Shown in pieces: positions 41,597 through 55,599 of a DNA stretch of 64,000 nt; positions within the stretch are counted from its first letter, which is position 1; every line of letters starts with the position of its first letter. The notes under the pieces were generated by a model. The model saw only the letters and a program-made list of their open reading frames with translations, had not been told where the DNA came from and did not search any database. The position numbers and the translations under genes are program-made. This stretch comes from Octopus vulgaris (lineage: Eukaryota). Location of the stretch: the NCBI GenBank assembly GCA_951406725.2, contig OX597816.1, positions 145,018,001 to 145,082,000 of the forward strand, written 5' to 3'.

Positions 41597-42719
41597 CTAG
41601 CTTAAGGTGACCCCTCTACGCGCGGGTGAGGGTGTGGTTGTTACTTTCTGTTGCTTCCTTTCTGTTTCTTATCGCCACATTCTCCCTCTTTGTTGCTCTC
41701 TCCTTTCTCACTCACTTTCCCACTCTCTTACTCTGCCTTTCTCTCGGACTCTCTCTCGCTTTCTCTTACTCTCTATCTTTCTCTATCTATCTCTCTCCCA
41801 TTTATATAAAACAAATGATCTTGAGTAAGTTGAGAAAGAAAATATTTTGAAAGCTCAATCATAAATATCAAGCAGTGACAACGGAAAGCACACTTGCCTT
41901 TTGTACGTGCCACTATTTGAGCGATTAAAAATAAGGAAAAAAAGGATTTCTTTGTTAAATTTAGTACTTATTTTGGGAATTTTTCGACGATTGACCATGC
42001 AAATGAAAGCTCTGAACACGGGCTACATGCAGCTGTAAATTTCTTTTTAGAAAACATGAAACTGCAAGCAATAAAAATTAAAAGGCAAAAATATGTAAAA
42101 ATTAGAAATTTTTTTCAACTTCAAAAATCTTGCCTTAATTTTCAAAATTTCGAACCCATTTTCCGCGCTTAAATTACAAATCCACTTCCACTTTACCATG
42201 TTGAAAATTTGATTGAAATCGGGCAAAAGGTGTCCAATCTAGACCCCCAAGTGTCCTCCAAAATTAATAAAACCCCCGTTTTCACAGGAAAGCAACCACT
42301 GTAGCGCCCCAAAACATCTCCCAATCAATTTCTTACCTCAAGTTACCCCCTCCTGGAAATTTTTATCCCCTTCCAGCCCCATTTAGAGCCCTTTTTACAT
42401 AACAATCCGATTTGTATCAACGATCGCCTTCTTCATTTTATAGATTAGATTAAAGATAACCGCCACTAGTCACTGCAGCCGCCATTATTCAAACAGCGTA
42501 ACCTGTCTATCCCATAAAACTCAATTTTTCTCATATTCCTCACCATGGCAACCAAACGGTACCCCCGAGTGATTTGCAGCCCTCCTCTCACCATTGCCTA
42601 CCTCATTTTACCCCCAGTGTAAATTTTGGCGCCAATCCGACCCCATGTACCGTTCCCATCCCAAAATGAGACAAATAACAAAGAAATCAAACAACTTTTT
42701 CGCATTTCAGCTTTATAGA
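41597..42719 (-). mobile_element. Non-autonomous Helitron
   Basis: Minus strand A|TCTATAAAGCTG...ACCCGCGCGTAGAGGGGT (subterminal hairpin)...AGCTAG|T: 5'-TC, 3'-CTAG, A/T target, no TSD. Confidence 0.75.
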
Positions 42720-42726
42720 TATTCAT

Positions 42727-42763
<37 letters not shown>

Positions 42764-42811
42764 ACATATATACATATATATGTATACACATTATATATAT
42801 ATATATATATA

Positions 42812-42883
<72 letters not shown>

Positions 42884-43189
42884 TATATATATATATATAT
42901 ATAGATTAACATTATATCTGATTAATAATATGTGTTATGATTGTGCGGTGGTGGGCGATAATAATTCACTGTTCTAAATGTCCAGAGGCGCGAATATTTA
43001 AACTTTTGCGGCTGTCAACGCTTTCTCTCTATATATATAGACAGATGTACAGTGAGAGAGGTGGTGGAGAAAAGAGTGACAGAGAGATGGCGAAGGCGGA
43101 GAGGGAATGTGAGTGGAAGGTGCTAAATGTCGTTATAGAGGGAAAGTGGAGGCAAGGAAGGAAAGAGAGAGATCGAGGGAGACAGGGTA

Positions 43190-43239
43190 CGTAAACATAC
43201 CAGCATCGGTTGTCACGTGACAAAGAAACACAGACACAG

Positions 43240-43290
<51 letters not shown>

Positions 43291-43455
43291 CGACGGGCTT
43301 CTTTCAGTTTCCGTCTACCAATTCCCTCACAAGGCTTTGGTTGGCCCGAGACTATGGTAGAGGACACTTACCCTAGGTGCCATGCAGTGGGACTGAACCC
43401 GGAATCATGTGCTTGGTAAGCAAGCTCTTTACCACACAGCCACTCCTACGCCTAT
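43190..43455 (-). mobile_element. SINE family A, 5' part with tRNA-like head
   Basis: Minus strand GGCGTAGGAGTGGCTGTGTGGTAA..GATTCCGGGTTCAGTCCC. Confidence 0.85.
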
Positions 43456-43651
43456 ACTTACCACACAGCCTTTTATCTTCCTATAACATAAAACATATAC
43501 CTATCAAACATTTTAAAAGGAGGTAACTAAGCAATACCTTGTAAGCCCAGTTTGCTTATATTTAAAAGTACAATTTTGATTAAATGACTTGATTTCAAAA
43601 GAATGTTCTTGAAAATCTTTGCTTGGGTTTAATATATTAAAATAATTTAAA

Positions 43652-43841
43652 GCTGCGAGCTGGCAGAATCGTTACCACACCGGGGAAAATGTTTATCAGC
43701 ATTTCGTGTGTCTTTACGTTCTGAGTTCAAATTCCGTCGACTTCGCCTTTCATACTTTTGGCGTCGATAAATTAAATACCAGGGAAACACTCAGGTCGAT
43801 GTAATCGACTTACTCCCTACCCAAAATTTCAAGACTTGTGA

Positions 43842-43875
<34 letters not shown>
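43652..43875 (+). mobile_element. SINE family B, near full length, with (ATT)n tail
   Basis: GAGCTGGCAGAATCGTTA..GAGTTCAAATTCC (A/B boxes) ... Confidence 0.8.
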
Positions 43876-43876
<1 letters not shown>

Positions 43877-44984
43877 GCATCATCATCACCTTCGTTATCA
43901 TCATTCTATATATTTAACTTCGGACATCTTTCAGATTATTGATTTACTTTTGACAATGGATATTTCAATGTTTCACCAGAAATACTGCAATAGGATAGTT
44001 TCCAGTTAACTGTCACAACAGACTATTTCTAGCTTTACATCAGAGAAATATGATGAGGAGAACGTGAAGAAATAACACAAATATTCAATTTGAGATCTCA
44101 TTTCACTTCGTTTGTAGAAAGGAATGATTTAACAGACACTTTAATGTCTTAGTGCCTTTGCTTGTTTCTTCTTCATGCTTGATGAATCATAAAAGAACCT
44201 ACGACTTGGAGAGAAAGCAGAATCATGTTCTCGTTTTGCAATCAATATCGACTGTTGATGTTATTCATTGTCAGATTTCATCTGTGCGATATGTCAGAGA
44301 GGAATCTGAACATTGTATTAATAAATAATTATTTTCGAACTGATATTTACATCAATATCGTCATCATAATCAACATCATCGTCATTATAAATAACGATGT
44401 GTTTATTATGAGGTACTCTAAAGTAAATATCTGTATAAGTAAGGGTGAGTTTATAACGAGCTACTCTTAAGTAAATATATCTGCTTCTAGGATGTGTACG
44501 CTGTTATTTTTTACGGGATTTGAAAGATGTTTGATTTAACTCTCACTTACACTTTTATGGAGATGTGCTGTATCTTATCTTGTATTTTAAATGTTACATT
44601 TGTTTGTGTGTGTTATTAGTTTTCATAGTATTGAGAGATATTGTTTCCAGCATCTGCTGTGTAAAATCTGTTACCAAATAGAAAAGTTTTTTTTTACGCA
44701 TAATGTATTTTTCTTTTGTATAGATTGTATGTATCTGAAGAATAGCCTGTTTTCCACCATTCGCAGGTACACGGAGACAGCTGCGACTAACTGGTTTAAG
44801 ACCTCCCGGGGACAGCTGCAAGGCAACCACTACAAAAGAATTTGAAAAGGCGTGCAGGGATAGAATTCTAGAAAGCCGACATTCTATGGAGAAAGGACAC
44901 CTATTGCATACATGTTTTTGTACGCCCTTGCTCCTGCTCCTGTCCCACTACCACCACCTACCTGAGTAATACCATCAATTGAGT

Positions 44985-45295
44985 TAAATTTGGTATCCGA
45001 ACGTAAGTTTTGTAAGAGGAATAGAAAGGCCTACCTTTCTATATGAGAGTCAGATTTCTCCTTTCGAAAACATGAACAGTTTCGATACATTGTTTACAAA
45101 ATAATAGCTGATCAATTGCGAAGGAGCGTGTCTACGGTCAACACTAAGGATTTTTGCTCGGGTAACTTCTGCTCTCCCCCTAGTTCATGCGCGACCAGTT
45201 ATATGTCGCAATGAGTAGAGTAACGGATTCAGCTAATTTGGAAATTAGTTGTGGGGAAACGGAGAATACCGTTTATATTGTGTATATATTTACGG
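44985..45295 (+). pseudogene. Helitron Pif1-type helicase C-terminal relic
   Basis: DQLYVAMSRVT..NL.I...TEN..IVY (helicase motif VI, GQLYVA.SRV). Confidence 0.7.
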
Positions 45296-45297
45296 GC

Positions 45298-45350
<53 letters not shown>

Positions 45351-45721
45351 GTACACTTATTGCATACATGTTTTTTGTACGCCTACATGTTCGTGAGTGT
45401 GCGTGATTGAAGCCATTCACACATCCATCCATCCAACCATCCATTCATTCATCCATCCATCCATCCATCCATCCATCCATCCATCCATCCATCCATCCAT
45501 CCATACATACATACATACATACATAACAACCTCTCTCTGTCTCTTTTTGTTTATCAATCACTCACTAACAAGACGAATTTTAAAACATCTGTTATCTATC
45601 GCTTTCTCTCTCTCTGCACACACTAACAAAACAACTTCTCATACACATTACACTTTCTGTGTTGCACACCCCATGTGTGTGTGTGCGTGTAGTAAGTATG
45701 AGAAGTTGTTTTGTTAGTGTG

Positions 45722-45797
<76 letters not shown>

Positions 45798-46024
45798 TAG
45801 ATAACAGTAACTCGTCGTTAGAAGGGGACTTAACTCATGTTTGTAAGTAATGGTGGATTTCTCCGACTTGAAAATTGTTAGAAGTTATGGTTCAAAATTA
45901 TTTTTACCGCTATTCGCTGTGCTTCGGGGTGGGGGGATAATTTGATGAAAATACAGCTAGGGTCGTGACGAAAACTTGAGCGACATGCGTGGAAAATTTG
46001 TGGACGCGCATAAATTACATTCAC

Positions 46025-46079
<55 letters not shown>

Positions 46080-46324
46080 CACACACACACGCGCGCGCAC
46101 AAACACACACATCCTACCCTTTATATATATACAGCTGCATAATGTTTTTCAAACGTATATCAATGCTACATTTATCACATCTTACGTATATTGAGCACAT
46201 ATTAGTTTATGAACCTTGCAGCAACATTTTATTTACTAATTGACATGGTTATTTTTATTATATATCACTTATACTTCCTGTATACCATGACAATATTCAT
46301 TATATATATCATTATATTTCCTAG

Positions 46325-46545
46325 ATGCAAGGCAGTGAGCAGGCAGATTTGTAAGCATCCTAGACGCAATGTTTAACGGTATTTCGTTTGATTTTAGGTT
46401 CTGAGTCCAAATAGCGCTGAGGACGATTTGTATTTTATCATTTCGGGATCAATGAAATTAGTACCTGTTCAGCATTGGGAAGACTGTAATCGGTTTTCCG
46501 CCTTCCTCTAAAATTGTTGGCCTTGTGCCAAAATTTGAAACCATC
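46325..46545 (+). mobile_element. SINE family B, degenerate
   Basis: Homology to 43652-43860. Confidence 0.7.
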
Positions 46546-47671
46546 ATATGAACTAGATGCTATAACTGTTTCTTTAATATGTTTACCCGACAACACGGCT
46601 TTATTTACCATATATCACGGGCAAATTTATCATAGTAGAGCTAAGTAAATAACTGACATCAGGACCACTGGAATTCTTTGGATATATATTATTTCTAAAG
46701 CATACACACACGCATACATACACATATTCAGACATATTCACACACGTGAACACATATATAAATGAACATTTTAACTCGTTAGCATTACGTAAATTCCTAA
46801 TTGTGATTGATATTATATTGTCGTTGTGAGGCACTTGATTATATTGGTTATCAGTGCGTATGACTGCGTACGTAGATACACGCACACCACACACATATAC
46901 AGGGAGAAGGAGAGAGAGAGTGTGTGTGTGGGAAGAGAGAGAAAAGTGAGAGGCAGAAAAACTTATATACTTTATTGAAATTGGATTTTATCTCCCGACG
47001 AGAGTTTCTAAGTTTCGATAAACCGCATATTCTGCAACATCTATTGAACAACCTTCTTTCATTCATTCGGCTCAATTCACTGTCCATGTGTAAATACATA
47101 GATAGAGAGATATATTGATAGATAGATAGATAAATAGATAGAATCATAAATAATAGAGGCACACACACAGACACACAGATATACCGACACACACTTACAC
47201 ATACACACACATACACAGGAATAGAGAATGATAGAAATATGAAATGGTTGTGAGTGGAAGAATGATAGAAATAAAAAATGGTTGTGTGTGGGAGATACAA
47301 TGCTGTATAGAAATAAAGTACAAAAAATGTACGTGGATAACATATACGTTATTTGACATATGATATGGCATGAGCCTATATTTAAACAAATTACAATATT
47401 TTTCGATCGTATATTATACAGACTGTTCTCTTGCGAACTTCCAATATTAAAAACATGTTTTAATCAGAATACAGATACTAAGGAAAGACACGAAAAAGAA
47501 ATCGTGATATTTATCAATGAATTTATTACTAAAAAATTTTATTTAAAAAGTTTTACAATCCTCATTGTGTTGCTACTGTTGTACATCATACTCTGCTATA
47601 TCAGTCTTATGACGTAGATACTTCAGCCATGACCTCTCCTACTTTGCTTCTGATATATTATACTGAACTGT

Positions 47672-48048
47672 GGTGGCACAATGGCCCAGTGGTTAGGGCA
47701 GTGGACTCGCGGTCGTAGGATTGCGGTTTCGATTCCAAGACCGGGTATTGTGAGTGTTTACTGAGCGAAAACACCCAAAGCTCCCCGAGGCTCCAGCAGG
47801 TGGTGCTGACGAACCCTGCTGTACTCTTTCTCCATAACTTTTTCTCACTCTTTCTTCCTGTTTCTGTTGTACCTGTATTTCAAAGGGCCAGCCTTGTCAC
47901 ACTCCATGTCACGCTAAATCTCCCTGAAAATTAGGTTAAGGGTACACGTGTCTGTAGAGTGCTCAGCCACTTGGACGTTAATTTCACGAACAGGCTGTTC
48001 CATTGATTGGATCAACTGGAGCCCTTGTCGCAACCGACGGAGTACCAC
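47672..48048 (+). mobile_element. tRNA-derived SINE (family C2)
   Basis: A-box TGGCCCAGTGG and B-box GGTTTCGATTCC; body follows. Confidence 0.85.
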
Positions 48049-48574
48049 GATTATACAGAACTACAATAACTAATAAGTCCTTCTTTTTCAAAACAATCGG
48101 TATAATTGTAATGGAGTTCAGCTTCTGTTTCCAGCATTAGAATGGGCATTTAGATATTCCTGTATTTGGGGCGTAACTGTCATTGAGTAATATATTTTTC
48201 TCCGTAGAAATTTGTTTGGAGAACAAGGCAGTAGATATTCTAGAAACAAACCAGCAGAAAGAGGCAACCAAACTATACAACAATATAAAAAAAATGCCAT
48301 TAAGATATTTTGTATTTCATTGTTGTTGCTCAGCTTTAGGGTAAAAATTAGTGGTTTAGAGAGGATTATGATAGAGAAGTTTCACATCATAATCATACTT
48401 TTTTTTTTAAGGAAATTTACTGAAATTTTGATTTAAGTGGCATCTGTACTATATCGCGCGATTTCCTGGTGGTGTTCTTGTTGGCTCATTAACTATTTAG
48501 TTATGTTCTATTATAGTCAGTGTTAGAACTCTCAGTTTTCAGTAATATCTTTTGTGTGTCTGTGTGTGTATATT

Positions 48575-48922
48575 CTTTTACTCTTTTACTTGTTTCAGTC
48601 ATTTAACTGTGGCCATGCTGAAGCACCGCCTTTAGTCGAGCAAATCGGCCCCAGGACTTATTCTTTGTAAGTCCAGTACTTATTCTATCGGTCCCTTTTG
48701 CCGAACCGCTAGGTTACGGGGAAGTAAACATACCAGCATCGGTTGCTAAGCGACGTTGGTGGGGGACAAACACAGACACACAAAAATACACGCATACACA
48801 CACAGACACAGACACAGACACATATACATATATACGACGAGCCCACTCACAAGGCTTTGGTCGGCCCGAGGCTATAGTAGAAGACACTTGCCGAAGGTGC
48901 CACGCAGTGGGACTGAACCCCG

Positions 48923-48953
<31 letters not shown>

Positions 48954-49092
48954 GGCAGGCGTAGGAGTGGCTGTGTTGTAAGTAGCTTGCTTACCAACCA
49001 CATGGTTTCAGGGTTCACATGTTTGTGTGTCTGCGTTTGTCCCCCCATCATCACTTGACAACCGATGCTGGTATGTTTACGCCCCCCGTAAC
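48575..49092 (-). mobile_element. SINE family A, with an inverted head fragment
   Basis: Minus-strand body 48575-48925, then (TA)n, then plus-strand head and partial body 48955-49092. Confidence 0.8.
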
Positions 49093-49248
49093 AATATATA
49101 TATATATATATATATATAAAGTTATATATATATATATATATATATAAAGTTAATCCAAACATGAAAGCACAAAAAAAAACACAACAACCCGAGGACTTGG
49201 AACAAATATAGTAATATTGGACGCTCAGGAAAGAAGGAAAGAAGGAGG

Positions 49249-49283
49249 ATTTAACGTTTCGAGCGGAGCTCTTCGTCGGAAAC
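49249..49283 (-). ncRNA. Minimal type-I hammerhead motif (family H1) within terminal repeat 49145-49358
   Basis: GTTT-CCGACGA-A-GAGC tcc GCTC-GAAAC-GTT-AAAT. Confidence 0.65.
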
Positions 49284-49357
49284 ATAGGAGAAGGAAAGAT
49301 CCAGAGAAGGGAAGACAGAGGAAAAAAAATCGCCAACGGTACACACGCGGTCACATT

Positions 49358-49431
<74 letters not shown>

Positions 49432-50096
49432 ATATACATATATATATATGTATGTAAGTATGTATGTATGCATGTATGTATGTAACAGTAATATTCTAGG
49501 AATCTATTCAGTCGACGATAAATTTCTTTAGAATGAATTTCTTCTATAATATTGACTACTTACATTTGTGCCAGAGTAAGTATTCAATATTATAGAAAAA
49601 CTATGCTACCTAGGTTTCTAAACATACAAATATAATTGAAAAAGACATTAATGTATAAATGACGGCGATGGTTTTCTTTCAATTATACTGCATTCCCAGT
49701 AGAGTGTTTATTTAGAAATTTAATAACCAGCCTGTGTACAATTACGTATTGCCCTATCGTTATTTATAACGGATAACAGCAACTTTTACTCGTATGTTCT
49801 CTATTCTAATTTCTTCTCTATCGAATTTTAAGAATTAATGTTTTAACTAGTAGTGTCTTAAAGTATCTTCAGTTAAAGACAATAAACAAAACAATTTACC
49901 TTACATAAGATGCAGACTATAGCACATTTCAAATTAGTTTTACTAGCACGTGTTGTCTCATGTTTATCTATCGAAAACCTACGCCACCCCTTTTTTTGTT
50001 TCTTTTGTTTTTTTGTTTTTTTCATCACCCAAAAGAAAAGCTCTACCTTGTAACTTGTCCCATCTGTGTGCAGCCCTGTGTGGCCAATAAAGAAAC

Positions 50097-50275
<179 letters not shown>

Positions 50276-50384
50276 ACTACCTATATATCTGTCTGTCTGT
50301 CTGCTTAACTTGATATACGTGCATGTATATACATGGGCAAACACACATGCATAGGTGTGTGACAACATTCACATGCTATTCGTT

Positions 50385-50690
50385 GCAAATTTTGGCACAA
50401 GACCAGCAAGTCAGATGAAGGAGATAAGGTGATTACACCGACCCCAGTGCTCAACTGGTATTTATCCGAAAGGATGAAAGGCAAAGCCAACCCCGACGAA
50501 ATTTGAACTAAGAACGTAAAATCGAACGAAATGCTTGTAAGCATTTTGTCCGGCGCGGTAACGATTCTGCCAACTCACCGTCTTACATACACATGAAATA
50601 TTGCCAGCGCGGTAACGATTCTGCCAGCTCATCGCCTTACATACACATAGAATATTGGCTTCAAATTTTAGGCATAAGGCCTGCAATCTT
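50385..50690 (-). mobile_element. SINE family B with duplicated head
   Basis: Homology to 43652; a ~54-bp head segment is repeated at 50550-50660. Confidence 0.75.
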
Positions 50691-50704
50691 TGTGGATGCT
50701 TAAG

Positions 50705-51005
50705 TTAATTACAAATACCTGTAAGTGAAGCTGCTGGAGAATGTGGTCAATCCCTGGTTGGAGAGAGTTATTGATGGAACGCCGTGTGTGCGTGTGACAA
50801 CAAGATTGTAGAAAGAGTCAAAATTGCAGAATTTCCACACCTTCACAGACCCAGTTTCTGGCCTCCTAACTCATTCGATTGTAATCCCATGGATTACAAT
50901 GTATGACGGACGGTTGAGAAAGATACCAATTCCTCTACCTGCAACTCTACGACCGGTCTGGAGGCCAAGATCAAGAAGGTGTGCGGAGATCTTCCTAGAG
51001 GTAAG
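50705..51005 (+). pseudogene. Tc1/mariner-superfamily (maT/DD37D-like) transposase relic
   Basis: KLLENVVNPWLERV..QQD..FWPPNSFDCNPMDY..VEKDTN. Confidence 0.75.
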
Positions 51006-52522
51006 AGGGACTAATTTGAGCAGATATGGAAGCAATTATGCAGATAAACAAATTAGATATATTAGATATGACAGTCTGGGCATGAAATCCAAGATATGTA
51101 TATATATATGTATACATGCAAATCAAGAGAAAGCAAAAAGTAGAAACATTCAGACGATGAATATCTAAGCATAAATACATAGATATTTATATTAATAGAT
51201 CTAGCTTAGACAGGGCGCATACGACAGGGAAAATTGAAGAGGAGGAAGAAAGGAGTCCAACCGCTGTTCCTGGGGGCTCGGAGGTCCATCATAATGTTGG
51301 TAGATGTAGTTCATCACAGGAGGGGGCCGTAATGAAGCTACTTTATATTCGTCATCGTTCTACAATTGTGGCTTGTTATCTATAGTTCTTCAATCTATTG
51401 ATTTTCTGCACACACAGACACACACACACACACATACATATTGATCTGAATGTATAGACATCTAACCTTCTTTCAATATATGTATGTGTGTGTGTGTGTG
51501 CGCGCGTGTGCATGTATATGTACATGAACTTATGTGCATATATATGGTTGTATCTATGGGCGTGCATCTGTATGTATGTATTTTTATATGCTTTTCTGTG
51601 TTTGTTGCTTTAAAATAAGATGCTAAGACTCTTTCAGAAGTTTTTATTGCATGTTATTATTGCTTGTGAATGTTAATTTATTAAATTCGTTGTATCTGGT
51701 ATAATTTTCTTGTGTTTAATATTGTGTTGACGGAATTATTTCTTCCATGTGACACTTTGTAGGTGTTTCAGTGTATTTAAAAGTTGCAATACATATATAT
51801 CATTTATTCGTTACTTGTAAACAATAAATGTTTGACCTTCTGGGGTGTAATCGGGTCAATCAATCTTTGACTGTCACCGTTGATCAAAGAACAGCAGCAA
51901 AATAATATTTATGCTAGATAATTAAATATAGATTTAGTTTTATGGAAGTTTTTATAATTTCCCTTTACGTAAATATAATTAAATTGCTGAAAATGTAGTG
52001 GTGACTGTAAAGTGAGTATAAATATTACTGATTATAAAAGCGGGAGAGAGAGACAAACAGAGACAGAGAAATAAAGTATATGTTTTACTGACTTAATTCC
52101 CAACATTAGCTGAAAGTCACAAATTCACATTAAGGGGTTTGTCTATTCAACTGACCTCAGAGACTGACCATTGAAAACCCTAGAAATAAAAGACAAAAAG
52201 AAAAGGAAAGAAAAGTGGAGAAAAAAATGAGTTCGAAGAGGAATTCAGCAACGAACATTAAGGACCGTAAACTTCTACTGCAAAACCTTAGAGATTAGCG
52301 ATTCTGTTTTCAATCGATAATTAACCACGGTATGTTTTCTCTCTCTGAATGCAATAACACACTTGCACGCACGCACGCACGCACACATACACGCACACAC
52401 ACACGCACGCACATACATACACGCTCACACACACACACGAACGCACCCACGTAGACACACACACATAAACACACACATACACATACACGCACGCACGCTC
52501 TCTCTATCAACTCTCTCCCTTT

Positions 52523-52556
<34 letters not shown>

Positions 52557-52779
52557 AGTAGGTAGATAGATAGGGTTGGAAAAAAGACTGAATCGCTCAG
52601 AATTTGACTAGTACTGACTTTCTCAACCCTAGACGGTTGAAAGGCAAAGTCAACTACAACATAAATTAAAGTCAAACCGTAAAAAGATAACCAAATACTG
52701 CAAAGAAATTTATTTGGTGTTCTACTGATTATACCGTGAAATGGTAGCGTAATAAACAAAATATACAGAGATCAAACTC

Positions 52780-53760
52780 TGAGTATCTTAATAGGCGACT
52801 ACAAGAAGCTGAGGTAGGATTTGCACTCCGATCTCGAAAAACCCTCACCAGCAAAGGTTACCCAAATAGTTCTCTTCTCTGGAGTGGTTTCTCGACTCCT
52901 ATAGGGCACATTGCAAAAAGTAGTTGAAGCAAAGCTGTGAGGACGTCCATCCACCAAACGTTAGAAGAACGGCTGGATTAGTGGGGTATCACTTGAGTGA
53001 GGTGAGGGCATCATCCACCAGGAATGGGAAATCTCAGTTCAATCTGAGGAGGCCTATTCAGAAAGGGTCCTGGAATGTTCTCTCTTAGAGGGTTGACTCT
53101 GTTTTGCATCTGCTGTCTTGGGAACCTATCCTGTTGCGAATCGCAGTGGCGGTCCAATCAGAGGTGCGTCGGCCAGAGACGGGTGAAATCTCAACCAGTG
53201 GTTGCACGTATTACTTTTTTGGGGTACTCTGATGGCTGGCTTGTCGATGCATTAGCAGCTGCGGTGGCCAACGGGCTGGTTCCAATGATATGAGATGCAA
53301 CACTTATAAACGAGCGTTTTACGTGGCTGCGGATACGATACTCTCTAGGTGTCATTTCCTTGGTTACAGTTTAAACTTTAACTGTTGTGAGTGACAGGTG
53401 GGCGATAGACATATTACGTCCAGCTGTGTTCTGTCATGAGGAACATCTCCAACATTGGCGCACCCTTGGTCATGGCACATTCTTGATGCGTCTACTAGGG
53501 TTAAGAGCGTTGTTAGCTCTTTTGGGTCCGCTACTAGCAGGGAAAGTGGCATGATGTTCCTGGACTTCGCCGAAAACCATAAATTTCGTATCACTGACTC
53601 CTGGTAACAGTATTCCAATACTGGTCGCGTAGCAAAAGGGATCGACGAGATGGCCGTTTGAGGGTTCTACAGAACTACAGGGCTTTTTAGAGTGCTAGCT
53701 TCATAGGCATTGACCATAAGCTTGTTCTATCAGAACAGACTGAAGTCTACGAACCCGAAG
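52780..53760 (+). mobile_element. RTE-like LINE 5'/endonuclease relic
   Basis: AAAVANGLVPMI..INERFTWLRIRYSLGVISLVTV; FLDFAENHKFRITDSW; YSNTGRVAKGID. Confidence 0.7.
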
Positions 53761-55599
53761 GCCTCCAGTCCAAGACAGGAAGTCGCGCTCTTCTGCTACT
53801 AAGTGAGAAATAGGAACCACTTGGCCTTAAAGCTTCTTGGGCCAAGACAAAGATCCATTCCTTCGTTGGCTTCCTAGGAGACTCCATCTAATTTGTCTTT
53901 GTTGCGGGTGAGAATTTTGAACTTGTTAACCATTTCATTTATCTCAGCAGCGTGATCCGTAGCAGCATTAGTTGCGGACCCAAAATCTTAAAAAGATCTG
54001 AGTGAGCTGGTGCAATTGCAGACTCACTGGACAAGAGCGTTTGGCGCTGCCGACATATAAGCAGGAGGACAAAAGTTTGGATTTTCAGATCCCTGATCGT
54101 ACCTGCCTTGCTCTATAGTTGTCAGACGTGGACATCCTCCGGAGCCTTTAGGGCCCGCCAGAACTCCTTCGATACTTCGATACTAATGGTAGCGTTTCGC
54201 AGGATTATAAGTTACTATTAATAGGATTTTGTATTCAACCAACGACTATACTTAGAAACTGTTAATTTGTTAATTGTATGATTCATGTGCATCAGTTTAG
54301 ACTGTTTGGTCCTGTTGCTCGATTTTCTGAGACTGATCCTGCTTTCTCTGAGGGAAGGGTGACAGTTCATGTTGGTCGGCTATATACTTCACAGTCACGG
54401 CGGATGAGGAAGTATTTCACGGAGATGATAATTGACTAGGACACTTCTCGGAGGGTTATGTAGCGCAATTCGAGGAAATACCAACAAATGGTGGATGCAA
54501 CGATGCACTGCGATGGGTCATACTCACTTACTTGACTTGCCCAAATCTCGTTATTTTCATTCCCTTCTGTCAAATTATTTCTTAGTCTATGTTAAAATAA
54601 ATCATTGCTACAGAAAAATCAAGACTTAAATTTTCTCTGAGAACCTTGGAAAAGATTGCATCTAGGATAAAGATTTAGTCTATAGAACATTTCTTGCAAT
54701 TAATAATATTTTCTTACACATATATGCGCGTATTCAGTCTAATCAGAGTGAGTTCTGTCTTGGTGTCAGTATTATTGATTCCGGTATGATAATGGTAAAA
54801 TAGGCACCAGTGAATACTGAGCAGAAAAATAGTCCAACTAATTAAAAAAATTATGCACAATACGCTACTGTTTTTCCACATCAACTGCATTGCATCCCTA
54901 ATAATATTGTTGTACTGATTTGGTTAAAATTCTGAATATCTAACAAGGAAAAAATAATGGAAATTAAGGTTATGCAAAATTTAAAAAGAGTTGCTTTTAT
55001 AATTCAAGTTGTTTCAATCGAAAATCGACACTAATTTACTGAAGTAACAACTATAGAAGCTAAACCTCTTACACAAGGCATCCTGTTAGAAAACGCCCAA
55101 TGATATTACATCCATTTGAATAAACTTGCATATATTCACATAGTAAACATGTAATTTTACAGAAACTACTGTATGAACCCAAGAATTACAGGCATTATAC
55201 TCCATTAGATGTAATATTATTCATGAATTTTTTAAAGAATAATAAAAAGATTAGAGTAAATAGTAATGAATAAAATAATGATATTAATGCCGGAAGGGAC
55301 ATCGATATCATCATTAGAATAAACACAAAAATATATTCAATGTTTTGAGCAGTTACATCCGCAGAATTACTAATACTTGGATATTTATATCCTACCAAGC
55401 ATCACGGAAATAAACATGTAGAGAAAGAGTAAAAGTAAAATTTAAGATATATCATTCGTTATTGAATGCATCAATGAATAGATATAATAGAAAAGTTTTA
55501 AAAACCACTATAGAAATAAAATATATAAATAAAGCAAGAAAGGCAAGCGCGTGAAATCAGCGCGATTCTGAAGCAATAGATATTTAATAACCGTAAAGA

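Noticed and set aside
47672-47745. tRNA-like sequence
   Set aside because: No complete acceptor stem; it continues into a SINE body and has a related copy at 35649
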